Shown: positions 1-13,857 of the stretch, in pieces
Position numbering within the stretch: the stretch's first letter is position 1
Layout: each line of letters begins with the position of its first letter
Assembly: GCF_964355755.1 (NCBI RefSeq)
Contig: NC_092674.1
Location: 1,426,001-1,490,000, forward strand
DNA length: 64,000 bases
Reading direction: 5' to 3'
DNA from: Antedon mediterranea
Taxonomy: Eukaryota > Animalia > Echinodermata
Program-made: the position numbers and the translations under genes
Notes under the pieces: model-generated
Database searches by the model: none
What the model was told of the DNA's origin: nothing
The model's input: the letters and a program-made list of their open reading frames with translations, nothing else

Positions 1-724
1 TTCTCTTCCAAATCTACTAATTGGAAACTTTCTTTGAGTTTACCAAAAAGTTAATGTTAACCTAATCCCACCCATTTAGTTCATCAACCAATCAGATGAT
101 GTGCTTAGTACATTTTAAGTGACTTTTAACCAATCAGATGCTGTGCTTAGTAAATTTTAAGTGACGTTTAACCAATCAGATTCATTTAGTTGGATTGTGT
201 TACCTGATTTGAATTATGATACCATACTGATAATTATTTATTATTTAAGATAAGATATATTTTACAACAATGTTTTTTGCTAAAATTTAATCTTTGTTTT
301 GCCTCAAAAGTTGAATATCTTTATGTGAATTTGCATTGTATATTGTTTCATAATTTTATTATGTGATAGAATTTCAGGGTGGACTTTATCAATAGACATA
401 ATACTAGTACTGACTGATATGGTTTAATATTTTGTATATTTTACAATTTTTTTCATGACAAAATGCACGTACTGTAGTTGTTACACTTTCTTATTTCTAT
501 CTTGTGATAAATGATGTGTGTCCTTCAGAAAAGAAACTATACTGTAATATCAGACGGCCTAAATTATGTTCGATTCATTATCAATATCAGGGACCTAAAA
601 ATTGTGAAATTAAGTGCTGCTCAATTTTTTTCAAATTTAGGGTGTCCGTTCGATCTTTTTTAAAGCTAAGAGAGTAGTTTCTGAACACTCTGGTCTTTAT
701 TTGAAGTCCTTTTTACTTTTTTAA

Positions 725-1420
725 AAATTTATTTATTTTTTTATTTATTCAATTTCTGCCATATACAATACATAGAAAAAACAAAACAAATATAAAAGGC
801 AAGGAAAGACCAAACAGATGCTAAACACCTATGAACTTAAAAGCAAGTGCTTATGCCCCTCTGGATGTTTCTTCTCATGTTTTTAAGGCAACGAAATTGG
901 TTTCTGGACATATGGTCTTCAATTGGAGTCGTTTTGAAAAGTGTGTCTTTTACAAGAATACAGTGGTATCTGTATGTGATTGGTTGCTGATATTGATCTG
1001 TCTAAAGCCTTTTAGGAAGATAACAAACAAGTTAAACCATTGTATATCCTTGTCTTCAGAGGCACGGTTTGTTTCTTCCTCTCACTAGAACCATTCTGTA
1101 ACTAATTCTACAACGTTTAAATGGTTTACTTCTTGACTGCCTCAGGTGTCTCTTAGGGATTTTAACAAACGAAACAGAATGCTTAATAAAGTTAGCAGCG
1201 AGTTCAGATGGTATTATGATGAGAAGGGCGCTTAGAATTGAATTTTAAATAATGATACAATCTGGGTTGTTGTCATTTCTGTTGTTTAAATGTTCTAAGG
1301 CGTTTGATCCGTTGATATAGTTCTTTCCGACCGATTCATGTTCACATTAAATCAGATTAATACGCTAATATCCAAAGCTATCTTTGATTATCTTGGTAGA
1401 TTAACAAGTTGAGTGCGTCA
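725..1420 (-). mobile_element. Possible decayed LINE 3' end
   Basis: Minus strand ends ...GTATATGGCAGAAATTGAATAAATAAAAAAATAAATAAA (A-rich tail) after a higher-complexity block with no intact ORF; no diagnostic RT motif readable. Confidence 0.3.
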
Positions 1421-1484
1421 CAGAATACAGGACCTGTCCCAGAATACAGGACCTGTCCCAGAATACAGGACCTGTCCCAGAAAC
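1421..1484. repeat. 20-bp tandem repeat x3
   Basis: CAGAATACAGGACCTGTCC(C) repeated three times. Confidence 0.9.
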
Positions 1485-2763
1485 TGAATCATGTCAAAAG
1501 TAACATTTAGTTCTCTTCTAACTTCATAAATTATGCAAGAAAATGTTTTTTATTTTTAAATGATTTGGGAAAAAATCTTGTCAAAATCCCACTTACTATT
1601 ATCGCCTACTCAACTCATTTCTAAGTACTTAATAGTACAATGACTAACACTGTATTCTAATAGGGTCTGTCAGTCACACATTTGGAGTGATGTCTTTCTG
1701 TAACTTATTTACTAAGCAATAGCAATTGTTGTAGTTAATAGAGAAAGCACCCAACACTCACTCAATCATGTGGGAAAATGACGTCGTCAACCATAAGGAG
1801 AATTGATGATCGTTTCCGACCTACGTATGTCAAGTTGTTGCCCTAGCTATTAAAACAAATTTAATCCCAAAACAAATTTCTTAAGCTCTGTCTACACTGT
1901 CAAACTAGACAAAAAAGTGTGATGTGCCCAAATATGGTAGTGATACTGTATGACATCATCATTTCAATATATTTTTTTGTCACAGCTTTAATTAACTTGT
2001 ATTGAAATAGAACTAGCTTTCCCACTTTTATATAATTTGGATAAACATGATGATGACAGCTATAATATAGTAATCTTACTCTATTTATAAAGCAGTTTTT
2101 AGGTACCTATTCTTAGTACAATTTTTTTTAGCCTTCCGTTTAATTTTCTTCCAATTTTTTTCAAATTATTAAGTGATCATGTTCTTATAAATGTGTTCTT
2201 ATAAATGTGTTCTTAAACTTAAACAAACCTGTAAAACAAATTGAACAAGTTTTAAAATGTATTAAAACTAAGCATTCAGTTCCACTCCCACTGATGCGAG
2301 TGGTATAACAGGTATTTTTCTGTAATACCCATTCAATAAACATTAGTTGAACGCCCACCTCATCCCAAACAGGTTTTTCCATTGTATCAATGTCACTATA
2401 AAATCTTTATTATGTTAAAAGAGAATACCTGCAGGGTATAGTTATGTGTGTTCCTTTCAAATTGTGTTTAAAACAACCTTGTAGAATTAGTATAGTAGTG
2501 TGCATCTTGAGATAAAATTAAACACACATGAAGGAATATCTGAATAAACCAAATACAGTATGATACTTTTTTTAGCAGACTTTAATTTAAGCAGGGAGTT
2601 GTAAAATAATTATTTTACAACTCCCTGATTTAAGTATACTTGTCTTAAATTTATTCCAATTTTTTGTCCAAATGAAAATGAACAGAAGACAATAAAATAA
2701 ATGAAGATGTGAATGGATGCAATATGTGTTGAAATAATATTTTGATAGTTTATTGTACTTAAG

Positions 2764-3190
2764 AGCTCTGTCTACACTATCAAACTTAATATGACAACAA
2801 AAGTGATGTGCCCATAATATGGACATGACAATGTCATATCACTACCACATTTGGGCATAACACTACCATATTTGAGCACATTAATGTCATATCACTACCA
2901 CATTTGGGCATAACACTACCATATTTGAGCACATTAATGTCATATCACTACCACATTTGGGCATAACACTACCATATTTGAGCACATTAATGTCATATCA
3001 CTACCACATTTGGGCATAACACTACCATATTTGAGCACATTAATGTCATATCACTACCACATTTGGGCATAACACTACCATATTTGAGCACATTAATGTC
3101 ATATCACTACCACATTTGGGCATAACACTACCATATTTGAGCACATTATACATTTTTTTGTCAAACTAGTTTGATTGTGTAGACAGAGGT
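2764..3190. mobile_element. Family-A MITE with its interior amplified into 6 x 53-bp tandem units (2830-3147)
   Basis: Ends AGCTCTGTCTACACTATCAAACT ... AGTTTGATTGTGTAGACAGAGGT; unit AATGTCATATCACTACCACATTTGGGCATAACACTACCATATTTGAGCACATT at 2830, 2883, 2936, 2989, 3042, 3095. Confidence 0.9.
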
Positions 3191-5881
3191 GTAGCTGCAG
3201 ACGGTCATACATGTTCACATGTAACATTACATGCTATGAAGAAAGTATATATGTTTAGTACAGTAATATATAAACCGTAGTAATGTTAGTTTGATCATAC
3301 CATACAAAGGGGAATGCTATTGTATGTACAGTATGACATATTATAATGTTTTGTTTCATAACATTAAGAGATAACATAACCTTCAAAGTATCAATGGGAG
3401 TCATGCAAAGTTTACTTGATAAGGTATCTTTGCAGCATTTCAGTGAAATTGTAATCCTTTTTTCTGAATGATCAGGAATGAACGTAACACTTATAATTTG
3501 TATGCCATCATTTAATCAATAATAATTTCTCAATCAATTGATTGATTGTAATTATTTCAATATACTTTGAAAAAAAATTTCATATCTGTTTCAAATTTCC
3601 TATTTGTATTTTATTACCCTAAAAATAAATGTAAACTGCTGTCTACTAGTTTGACAAAAAAATTGTTGTGTACCCAAATATAGTGGTGATATGACATCAT
3701 CATGTCCATATATGGACACTACACATTTTTTTGTTACATAATGTTTGATAGTGTAGACAGAGCTTTACACTATATTCATCTTATCATCAATATAACAAAC
3801 TGGTCAGATTATACTAACCAGTTTGTTGCCCAACTGGTCATTATAATTTGATTTTACCAGAAAATGTATTTAAAATTACAACCTGATTGCTCTTCTGTGT
3901 GATTTATACAATAAAATGGTTAATAAAACCATATAACTCTTCCCTGATAATAATGATGAAATTGAATAAAACGATGAAAATGTATAAATTGACCAATTAC
4001 ACTAGTAAGTTCAAGGTATTTTGTTGTAGATTCTATGAAAATCAGTTTAAAATTCCCCAGTGTGTTACCACTAATAAGGTAGGCCTACTGACACCATTGA
4101 CCATATACCTCACATTGGTCATTGGAGAGCATCCTATTGACCACCACCAATAATGTTATTATTGAGTGTGGCTAGGTGATGACATACACCCTGTGGTGAT
4201 GATGGATAAGATTAATATACAATGTTAGCTACCTGCAAAGTTCACCAGAGGTCATTGACCACAAGAATTCAATTACTACTGATCATTTCTGATAAAAATG
4301 TTCATTAAATTAATTTTTCAGAATTAAACTGATGATTTTAATTTGATGATTTCATAAACATTTATAATGGAACCATATTATACTGTACTTGTTCATTATA
4401 AAACTAAATTATATGAATTATAGTCAAAAAGAAAAAAAAAATCTACAAGATTGTAGATTACCGAGATTAGTTCATTCATACATTTCCTTTGACTCCACTA
4501 TTAATATTTTCTTTAATTGTTTATCTTTTTTATAAATCCAACATTAAAAAATGTGATTGGTTCTTGTGAACTTCGTCAATGTATTTTTACGTATTCCAGT
4601 CCAGTCTCCCCAGCAATAGGATTTGAGTGATTGATCTGACCTAGTGCAATGTTTTGATCTATAGACTCAATAGGCTTCACCACATAATCCCCTTACACAG
4701 CATCTAGTGTATGTGGATCAACAATAACCTAATGCTATAATATTATCCTAAATCCAATAAAAAGCCATGTTTAAACAAATTATTTGTTTAGCGTTCTCCA
4801 TAAATGGCCCAATATGATTAATTTTTAGTTTTTCATATATTAATTTATTTGGTACAAACATGTTAACATGTTATAATAGGTTTTACACTATAGTTTTATG
4901 TACAAATATTGTGTAAAAGTTAGTGAAGATTTTCTCAAGTTAACATGTGTACTTACTTCACAGTAAGTCCTTGATTGTTTTAACAGACTCAAGTAAAATA
5001 GAAAATTTCTGGTTTGGAATTATTAAATATCTTGAATGTTTTTGTCATGATGTATTCATTGTAGAAAGTTTTTAAGTTATTAATTACAGTTTTTTGTTTT
5101 CAAAAAACATGGCTGTAAAAATACATAAGGCAGCCAAAGTCTATGCTCTTTCTATGCTATCAAACAAAACAATGTATGGGGTCTATATATGGACCTGATG
5201 ATGTCATATCACTACCATATTTAAGCATATCACTACCATTATGGGCACATCACACTTTTTTTGTCAAACTAGATTGATAGTGTAGACATAGCTTAATACC
5301 CCTTTTTTCACATCTGCCTAAATTTTAACAACTCGTAACAATGTTTGATCTCCCAAATTATTACATGTTTTCATACATGCATTACACAAACCTTGTGAAA
5401 TCTCATGAGAAAGGCATATAGTTGCGCACTATTTGATTGGTAAGTTTAATACCATGGCAATACACACACGCAGAGTAACAACTCAGAACATCTCAGAATA
5501 AAAACAGGCCTTTCATAGGTGTGCTTTCACAGAATATTGTCTTCACACTATGCCAACCTCATCATGGTTACAAGTTGTTACTTGTTGCAGGTTTAAAAAG
5601 GATATTAAGCTCTGTCTACACTATCAAACTTTATGTGACAAAAAAAATGTGCCCATATAATATGGACATGATGATGTCATATCACTACCATATTTTGGCA
5701 CATCACACTTTATTTGTCAAACTAGTTTGATAGCGTACTGCAGATAGAGTTTTAGAAATTATGCAACAATTTTTGACTGAGAATATATATTTTCCTTTAA
5801 TTACCATTTTCTTCCAGATTGTGTTTGATTCGTTTTCTCTATAGTGAAATAAAAATAGATTTTTCATTTCTTTACCTTTAG

Positions 5882-8800
5882 GTTATAGCAAGAATTATTT
5901 ATGTTGTTAACCGATCTTGGACGGGAAAGATAACATTACCAGAGTTCCGTCGTTCTAACATTTTGTCTGTGAGTATAATAAACATAAATGTTTACGCTTG
6001 CCTTAAGGTGTCTGTCCTCTGGTAAAAGTTATATAGCGGTAGTTTCACATGCTGATCATGATGATATTATTGTGTTTGCTGCACCATATGTGGATGCAGT
6101 TTGCAGATGGTTAAGACATGATGCTCACACTTTTGAATGACAACTTTCTGACCATTTGAAAACTATTGAGACTTTTCTCATCTGTTGTTTCAATTTAATT
6201 AATTATTAATTACTAAAGTATCTCAATTTCAGTATAGTTATCACCGAGCGGTTTAGAATTAATATTATGTGCCTTGTGTTTATATATTTATATGATATAC
6301 TGTAAATATTATTTATGTACTTCTGAACTATAGTTGATGCAACAATACCTGGCCTTCAAATGACCTCATTATATTGTCAAAATCATCTCTCACTTAATTT
6401 AAAATTACCCAATAACTACCCTAATGTATTTCATACTAAAAATACACATTTTGAAAGCATGATGAGTTGACCCGGTCATGTTTAACTTACTACCAAAACT
6501 AAATATTGAGCCAGCAAGTAATTAACTATGAAAAGATTATCAAGATTGATTAACCAAAACAAAGGAACAATTCAGTTTTTGATATATTTAGTATTCGGCC
6601 AAAGCTGTTATTATTACCGTTTATATTCTGTATAATTTTAACTTATCTGATGTTTGTGCTTTTAAATTATGTTTGTTCTTTCTCTGAGAAATAAATAAAT
6701 ATGTAAATAAACACTGTATCTGTATCTAAAAAAATATATATATGTACAGCATTGTTAATCTGTTTTTTTTTGGGGGGGGGGGGGGGCGTTCAATCCTCTT
6801 TGAATATTACTCCTATATATTATGACAAATATTATTTATGCCAAATTTTGATTTTTTTTAAATATTTTTTGATACTTTTGATAGGTACTACAATTACTTG
6901 AGGAGGAAGATGATATCAACCAAATCACAGATTTTTTTTCTTATGAACATTTTTATGTAATTTATTGCAAATTTTGGGAGTTAGATTCCAATCATGATCT
7001 ATTTATTGACAAGAAGGATTTGAGCAGACACAATGAACATGGTAGGTTAACAAGAAACTTTGACCAATCACAACATGATGGATCATCCAAACTGTGATTG
7101 GTTAACTCCCTTGAGCTTCCATCCTTGCGTTGCGTCCTAGTGTGATCCAAGCTTAAGACAGCCATTCAGACGAAGTTCTGATATAAACTTAAATATAAAT
7201 GGTATAAAAACTATGTTTGTACAATCTTTTCTCTACCTGATTTAAATTGCGGTCTGTCACAGTTATATTTTGATTTACAGTAGCTTGTTCCGCATTTATC
7301 GGATTAAAACATATCGGAGATAAATTGGAGTTATATCAGTGGTAAGGCCGTAGCGAGAGATTAAAAACAGACAAGTCAAATATGCTTTAAATATAATTAT
7401 TACTATAAAATATGGCGATCTGTGCTGGGGAATTGGGGTGGGGGTGAAAATTGAAAATGACAGACTCTATAGTCCCTCCATATCATTTATGTACTTGAAA
7501 CAAACAAAATAAGCAATAGCAAAGCATGGTCAAGGGCAGTTAAACAATCCAATCACTAGACTAAAAATGTTCAGCTGCCCTTTGAGGATGATAAAGCAAT
7601 CATAGCGGTCAGCGGTCAGTTTTGTAGCTGTAATTCATTTCAATTTAGTCTATTTACCATCTCAATATCATATCAATAAAAACAAATGAAAAAAGTAGTA
7701 GGAGTTTGAAGTCAAAAGTGATGCAAAACAACACATACAAATTAATTACAATGTGGTCCCTTGTATTTGTAAAGTTTTTTTATCAATTATTCACAAGTTG
7801 ACTACAACACTACACCTAATAATTTATTTTTCCAATCCAACTTTCCACCAATTTTTTTTCAATTAGATCACACATGTTGATAGATCAACCTATACCCCCT
7901 ATGGGCAACTAGGCAACTATCCCCTATGAGGCACCCCTAGGGGGACAACTATACCCTGTGGGGTACCCCTAGGGGGACAACTATACCCTGTGGGGTACCC
8001 CTAGGGGGACAACTGACAAAACAAGTCAACATTATTAATATTTTATCCAAGAAACAGCTGTGAGAAATATAGGATCAACCTAGAAATTGTGCTTTATAGC
8101 GATATATCACAACATCTTCATTAATATCACTAATATATCAATTCATTATGATCATCATCCACATCATCATCATCATTATCATCATCATCATTATCATCAT
8201 TATCATTGACATCATTATTGTCACATCATTATCATTATCATCAACATCATTATCGTCATTATTTTAATGTTAGTAATAATCATCTCTAGTATTCTATATC
8301 TAATACTATATTGTATTCTTCCAAGGCTGTATTGGAATACAAGCAGTTTTATTTAATTTATATTCAACAGCGGAGAGCACACCAGTATTACTGCCTCTCA
8401 AATTTTATAATTATTACATAAATAAAGTATATTAGTGTAAAATGTATTATAATAAAGTGTTCATGCAATAAAATTGTAAATGTATTAAATATAAATAAAA
8501 ATTGGCATAATAGAAAATGCCATGTTGACGTTGGTTAGAGTACATCATAATGATGATATTAAATATCTGTAATGTTTGAATACAATATGATTACAATATC
8601 ATTCATACAAGTGTCCCCTTGTTCATAGCAAAAGTGAAAGATTCCATTGTTAACATTTAAGATAATGTTTCACTTTGTTCAAGATATTTAGTGCATGCCG
8701 TATACATGTAGTAAGTACATTGAATTGTAGGTTAGGACGTTCTTTCATTAAATTTAGTTAAATTTTTTGATTTTTAGAAAATGTATTATTTTTAAAGTTA

Positions 8801-11649
8801 TATTGTTTCTCTAAAGCATTGTTCACACTACACTTGAAAATGGTCAATTTAACCCAAATTTACCCAAAGCCTACTACTTTTTTTATTTTATGAGCAGTGA
8901 GATTTAAAATTAACACTGAATAATAAGCATTATTCTTGGTTAATTTAACCCAGGCCAGCATTCAGATTGTACTTTTGTTCAATTATGCTGACTCCTGTTT
9001 TACTGTTTGTTTTGTTCATTTCACAGCTCTGTCAACCAGGATCATAGATAGTATATTTTCACATGGATCAGTACTAAGGTAAAAGAAATTATTTTCCTAA
9101 CTTAATTGCATTTCATCCCTAAAATTTAAGACAGTGGAACCGTAATACCTAGCCATAACATTGGCCTGGGTTCGAGCTTCACTTGCTCCATGGTTCTGGT
9201 GATGAGTCCTCTTGGATAAGGACTATAAACCGTAGGTCCAGTGTACACATCTAGCTCATGTGCATTTTGAATAACCTAGTACATCTTTCAAGACAAGTTT
9301 AAATTTAAATTTACTTTTATTTCTTTTAATCGTTTCAGTTCAAATTCTGTCCAGGAAGGTTTGATGAGTTACACAGAATTCGTCTGGTTCTTGTTATCTG
9401 AAGAAGATAAAAAGACACCAATGAGGTATATTTTGTATGTCCTTTTTATTGTAATTGATGGTCTCACAATCGCAAATGACCCCAATCTTGTCAATTCTAT
9501 GTATGGTGTCACATAAGGGTAAAGTTTAAACACCCTGCTGTTAATTGACTGTATATATGATTGTATGTGGCCAAGTTGTAGTGCAGAGGTGCTGCATGAT
9601 TGTATGTGGCCAAGTTGTAGTGCAGAGGTGCTGCATGATTGTATGTGGCCATGTTGTAGTGCAGAGGTGCTGCATGATTGTATGTGGCCAAGTTGTAGTG
9701 CAGAGGTGCTGCATGATTGTATGTGGCCATGTTGTAGTGCAGAGGTGCTGCATGATTGTATGTGGCCAAGTTGTAGTGCAGAGGTGCTGCATGATTGTAT
9801 GTGGCCATGTTGTAGTGCAGAGGTGCTGCATGATTGTACAGTAGTGGCATGGTAGCTTTACTTGCCTCACCATCCCAAGCACTTGAAATAAAATAATGGG
9901 TTGTTATATCATTTCTTGGCAGCATTGAATACTGGTTCCGTTGCATGGATCTTGATGGCGATGGATATTTATCAATGTACGAGTTACAGTATTTTTATGA
10001 AGAGCAACTTGCCAAAATGGAAGGACTCGGAATTGAAACTCTTCCTTTTGAGGATTGCTTATGCCAAGTAAGTTAGAAGAGAGCTGTTCAATCCCAATTG
10101 GATTCAAGATGGAGTATTACAAAAAGTGTGATGTGTCCAAATATGGTAGTGGTATGCCCAATTATAGTAGTGGTATGTCCAAATATGGTAGTGATATGCC
10201 ATCATCATGTCCATATATGGCCACATCACATTTTTGTTGTTACATAAAGTTTGATAGTGTAGACAGATCTATAGAACAGTTGTGTCATAAAACAGTACAA
10301 CCTTACTAATGCCTTAGTATTCATTGAATACTACTCCCCATTCAACCCATAACCATTCATTTTTTAATAATGCTCTGGCGTTAATCTGATAATAATATTA
10401 TTTTCTTGCAGATGTTAGATCTTGTAAAGCCTCTAGAGGGCGACAGAATAAGTCTACGTGATCTGAAAGCTTGTAAATTAGCTTATATATTCTTTGATAC
10501 ATTCTTCAATCTGGAGAAGTATCTAGACCATGAACAACGAGATCCTTTTGCAAACATCAGGGTAACAACATTTTTTATTTCATTTTGCACACAAAAAATC
10601 AGCAATTTTTCTTTTTCTATGACAAAAAAAAAAGGGAGACACTGTATATATAGTATAATTAATTTATTTTATCTACAAACTACTTGTGTTATTACAAAAA
10701 CTTTTTAAATGACAGAATGAAGAGACAGATTTAGCTGAGCCATCAGATTGGGAAAAGTATGCTGCAGAGGAATATGAATTGTTGGTAGCTGAGGAGGCAG
10801 GCCAAGAGCAGTCTGCTTTAGATGCTACTGATGTGTAAGTCAACCAACATATTCAACATTTTACCTACATATACAATATATAGGCCTATAAAATTATTGT
10901 AGAAGTAGATATATATATCAATCATGGAAAGAATTCTGCCCTTCATGATATACTGTATTAAAATTCCAAATACAGAAGAATAAAGACACAGTTAATTTAA
11001 GCTAGAACTTTTTTTGACATATTTTATTTTTATCTTGTATTTTTAATCTGTTATAATACTGCACGTTTTTAAATTGTTGCAATATTGTTGTTTTAATCTA
11101 CCAAGCAAAGTGAATTTCCATTTTTATGGACAAATAAAATTTCTTGAATCTTGAATCTTGAATCTTATACAGGATAAAATATATCAGGTATAGATGTAGC
11201 TCCTGTGTTACATTATGGTCCTGTTTTGAGAAATCCCTCTATCTTTACAACTACACTAGTCTAGGTTCTAGACTGTAATTAGTAAAAAGATGAATATGTT
11301 GCCAATTATGGCGTTTCATACGTATAATAATTGAGCTCACTTAAGACAAAAATCAAAATAACTACAGGTCTTTGTGAGATAGGTATCTCACTCATAGACT
11401 ATCACACCACTGTTGGTTTGTGTAACTTGAGACAAGTCTAGTACAACTACACATACAGTATACATTTATGAATTATTTTTATATGCTATTTTGTTCAAAT
11501 TCAATAGAGAATACCAAGACGATTTTGAGCTTGATGATGAGGATGATGAGGCTATCATGTCAATTGATGAAGCAATGAAGAAATTAGCAGCCTCTGAGCC
11601 CCCAGAAAGCAGAACATGGAACCACAATAACAACACTACAATCAGTTGA
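5882..11649 (+). CDS. PPP2R3A: PP2A regulatory subunit B'' (PR72/PR130/PR70 family), 3' portion; exons 5882-5968, 6885-7041, 9027-9078, 9339-9425, 9923-10067, 10412-10561, 10716-10834, 11508-11649; 5' exons lie upstream of the window
   Basis: GT-AG exons join in frame: [109 protein letters not shown] (EF-hand), [38 protein letters not shown]; stop TGA 11647-11649. A versus B paralogue cannot be resolved; likely a pro-orthologue. Confidence 0.95.
7885..8015. repeat. GC-rich ~32-bp tandem repeat with internal palindromes
   Basis: CAACTATACCCTGTGGGGTACCCCTAGGGGGA twice plus diverged upstream copies. Confidence 0.8.
8135..8262. repeat. Imperfect (ATC/ATT)n microsatellite
   Basis: ATCATCATTATC runs. 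Confidence 0.85.
9130..9297 (+). mobile_element. Truncated tRNA-derived SINE with a Deu/Nin-type central domain
   Basis: B-box-like GGGTTCGAGC near 9168 followed by GGATAAGGACTATAAACCGTAGGTCC, resembling the Deu/Nin-domain core as I recall it (GGATGAGACGTTAAACCGAGGTCC). Confidence 0.6.
9557..9838. repeat. 39-bp minisatellite x7 in a PPP2R3 intron
   Basis: ATGATTGTATGTGGCCA(A/T)GTTGTAGTGCAGAGGTGCTGC; A and T variants alternate after the first unit. Confidence 0.95.
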
Positions 11650-11984
11650 TGACTAATTAGGTGTTACTCTGAGAAACAAAATCAAGGCTTTTGTTGGGAA
11701 ATCAGAACTATTGTGAGATGTAGTTCCATTGATGTGAGGAGAGTTGACAAGTGTTTGCACTTGAGGTCCATACCTACATCATATGCAAGACTCTTACACG
11801 CTCAGCCATCAAATAAATTGTGAAAATCCTGTTGAGTATCTTTGTGTAAATGATAAAGAATAAATAAAATTGAAACACTTTATCTAAAATTTAGGGTGAA
11901 AATTAGAAAGAAGAAAGCTGGCAAAGTCACAATCATGGAGATTTAGCTCGGAAAGACTCACATTCCTCATATCATTTGTTGTAA

Positions 11985-12137
11985 AGCTCTGTCAACACTA
12001 TATATATGACAAAAAAATGTGATGTTCCCAAATATGGACATGATGTCATATCACTACCATATTTGGGTATATCACTACCATATTTGGGTACAATCACACT
12101 TTTTTTATCAAACTAGTTTGATTGTGTAGACAGAGCT
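11985..12137. mobile_element. Family-A MITE (~120-160 bp, Harbinger-like), representative copy; others near 1884, 3635-3765, 5140-5293, 5608-5751, 10120-10270, 16084-16225, 16752-16874, 25212-25367, 37363, 37707-37834, 39050-39172, 48705-48755, 50905-51050, 51693-51832, 54905-55028, 59838-59942, 61363-61472
   Basis: TIR AGCTCTGTCTACACTATCAAACT, internal (ATATGGTAGTGATATG/TGATGTGCCC) subrepeats; matching TTA or TAA flanks at 16752-16874 and 37707-37834. Confidence 0.88.
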
Positions 12138-12171
12138 TTATATTTGGTTTGATGCATTCCTGCTGCTGATG

Positions 12172-12268
12172 ATGAATGGTTATACATCATATGAATGGTT
12201 ATACATCATATGAATGGTTATACATCATATGAATGGTTATACATCATATGAATGGTTATACATCATAT
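12172..12268. repeat. 19-bp tandem repeat x5
   Basis: ATGAATGGTTATACATCAT. Confidence 0.92.
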
Positions 12269-12997
12269 CTTTTTATCATGGTTATGTCAATGTAATGTTT
12301 CCTAAAACAGAACACAATGTATCTTATAATAATAATATTGATCAAATAATCTCATTTTAACAATTTATGATTAGTTTTTTGTAATATAAATTTCATTAGA
12401 TACAGGTTTAATCTTTGATTTGTAAACTTTGTTTTTATTTGTTAGTTTGGTCCACAACAAGTTGTCTTGAATGAGAGTTTGTCTGTAAGATTGTAACAGG
12501 ATAACATTTATTGTATTTATATAGTTGCATTTACTGAAGTAAATAGTTGCAGTTAGTTTTACTGCAGTAATCAGTTGCATGCCTGACATGGACCACTTTC
12601 ATTATTTGTTTTTTATTATTTTTCAATTTTGTTTATATAAAATGAAATATACATTATTTATAATTACTTAATTAATATTATTCGTTAATTGTAAATGAGA
12701 ATTTATTCCAATAAATAGAAATAATTCCAAAATGCCTTTGACTAAACTACTTTTTAATACATCTTGTCTTTTTTTTATTCCAAAAATTGCCTTCAAGAAA
12801 TTATTTGTTTTTGAAAAATTCGCAAGTCTGTCGAAAACTCGGATCGGCCCCTTTTATCGGTTGATAAGAACATCATTTAAAAAATTGCAATGATTGCAGT
12901 TTCTGTACAAACATTTCGCGATAAGCTGACAGTAAACATTCAACAAGATAATGTTCCTTTATATCTAGCTGCCTTGATTTCTATTTTTTGCAAATAA

Positions 12998-13176
12998 AGC
13001 GTGGTTCCCACTAGCGACGCAACGCAAGGACGTAACGCAACGCAAGTGAATTAACCAATCACAAGCGATGGCTTATTCGCTTGTGATTGCTAACTGCCTA
13101 TAACTTCGCTTGTCATTGGTTAACACGCTTGCGTTGCGTTTACGTCCTTGCGTTACGTTCTAGTGGGAGCCAAGCT
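12998..13176. mobile_element. Family-B MITE (179 bp, Harbinger-like)
   Basis: AGCGTGGTTCCCACTAG...CTAGTGGGAGCCAAGCT termini, quasi-palindromic interior with ACGCA repeats and CCAATCACAAGCGA; near-identical to 16467-16645 and to the reverse complement of 38178-38356. Confidence 0.9.
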
Positions 13177-13684
13177 TTAGACTACCACGATGCCGATGTC
13201 GGACAAATCATGTTTCGACGTTCAGGAGCATGTTTTTGCAAGAAACTTCCTCCAAATTCTCTGTAACTTTGAGCAATGCGTTGTGCCATCAGTTAAAGTC
13301 AACCACTCAGATCATGCATGCTTGTTGGTTTATCTATACTGCTGTACTTACGACTTCATTGTTGTTTTTGTAGGCCTCGATTTTGTTAAAGAAATATGAA
13401 CTTAAACACGTTCTAATAAACGGATCAGACTTAAATCTATAAACGTGTTTGGTTCTTTTTCATCAGCTAATAGTTGCATCACTAATCTCAGGTGTAATTT
13501 CTATAAACAAATTAATAATTATCAACAGAATGTTGATCTGAATTAGTAAACCTTCAAATGGTTATTAGCTATAGCCTAGACATAGCCAATTACACACAAA
13601 TGGATTCTAATTGAAATCAAATCAATTAAGTTGGTTTGCAATTAAAGAAATTAAAGAAATTGCTCGTTGATGACAATTGGACTA

Positions 13685-13844
13685 AAGCTTGTCAGTTCTT
13701 AAACGTAACGCAATGACGTAGGTGGACCCCATTAATTTGACCAATCACAATTCGCAATGCTAACCCGTTCGCTTTTATGTGATCGGTCGATGTTGCGCGT
13801 ACGCCATTATTGCGTTGCGTCTAACAAGTGAGAAAACAAAGCTT
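13685..13844. mobile_element. Diverged family-B-related MITE directly upstream of the GPCR ATG
   Basis: TAA|AGCTTG...AAAGCT|TAA ends, ACGTAACGCAA, TTGACCAATCACAA and TTGCGTTGCGTC motifs shared with family B. Confidence 0.6.
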
Positions 13845-13857
13845 AAAAATTCTCAAG

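Noticed and set aside
1-5881. Further PPP2R3 exons or a nested gene in the first 5.9 kb
   Set aside because: No readable coding exon; listed ORFs are AT-rich or MITE-derived. Treated as intron.
6762-6786. Poly-T/poly-G run
   Set aside because: Simple homopolymer, common and error-prone in assemblies.
9509-9946. Four overlapping repetitive Cys/His-rich ORFs
   Set aside because: By-products of the 39-bp intronic minisatellite; open in several frames on both strands.
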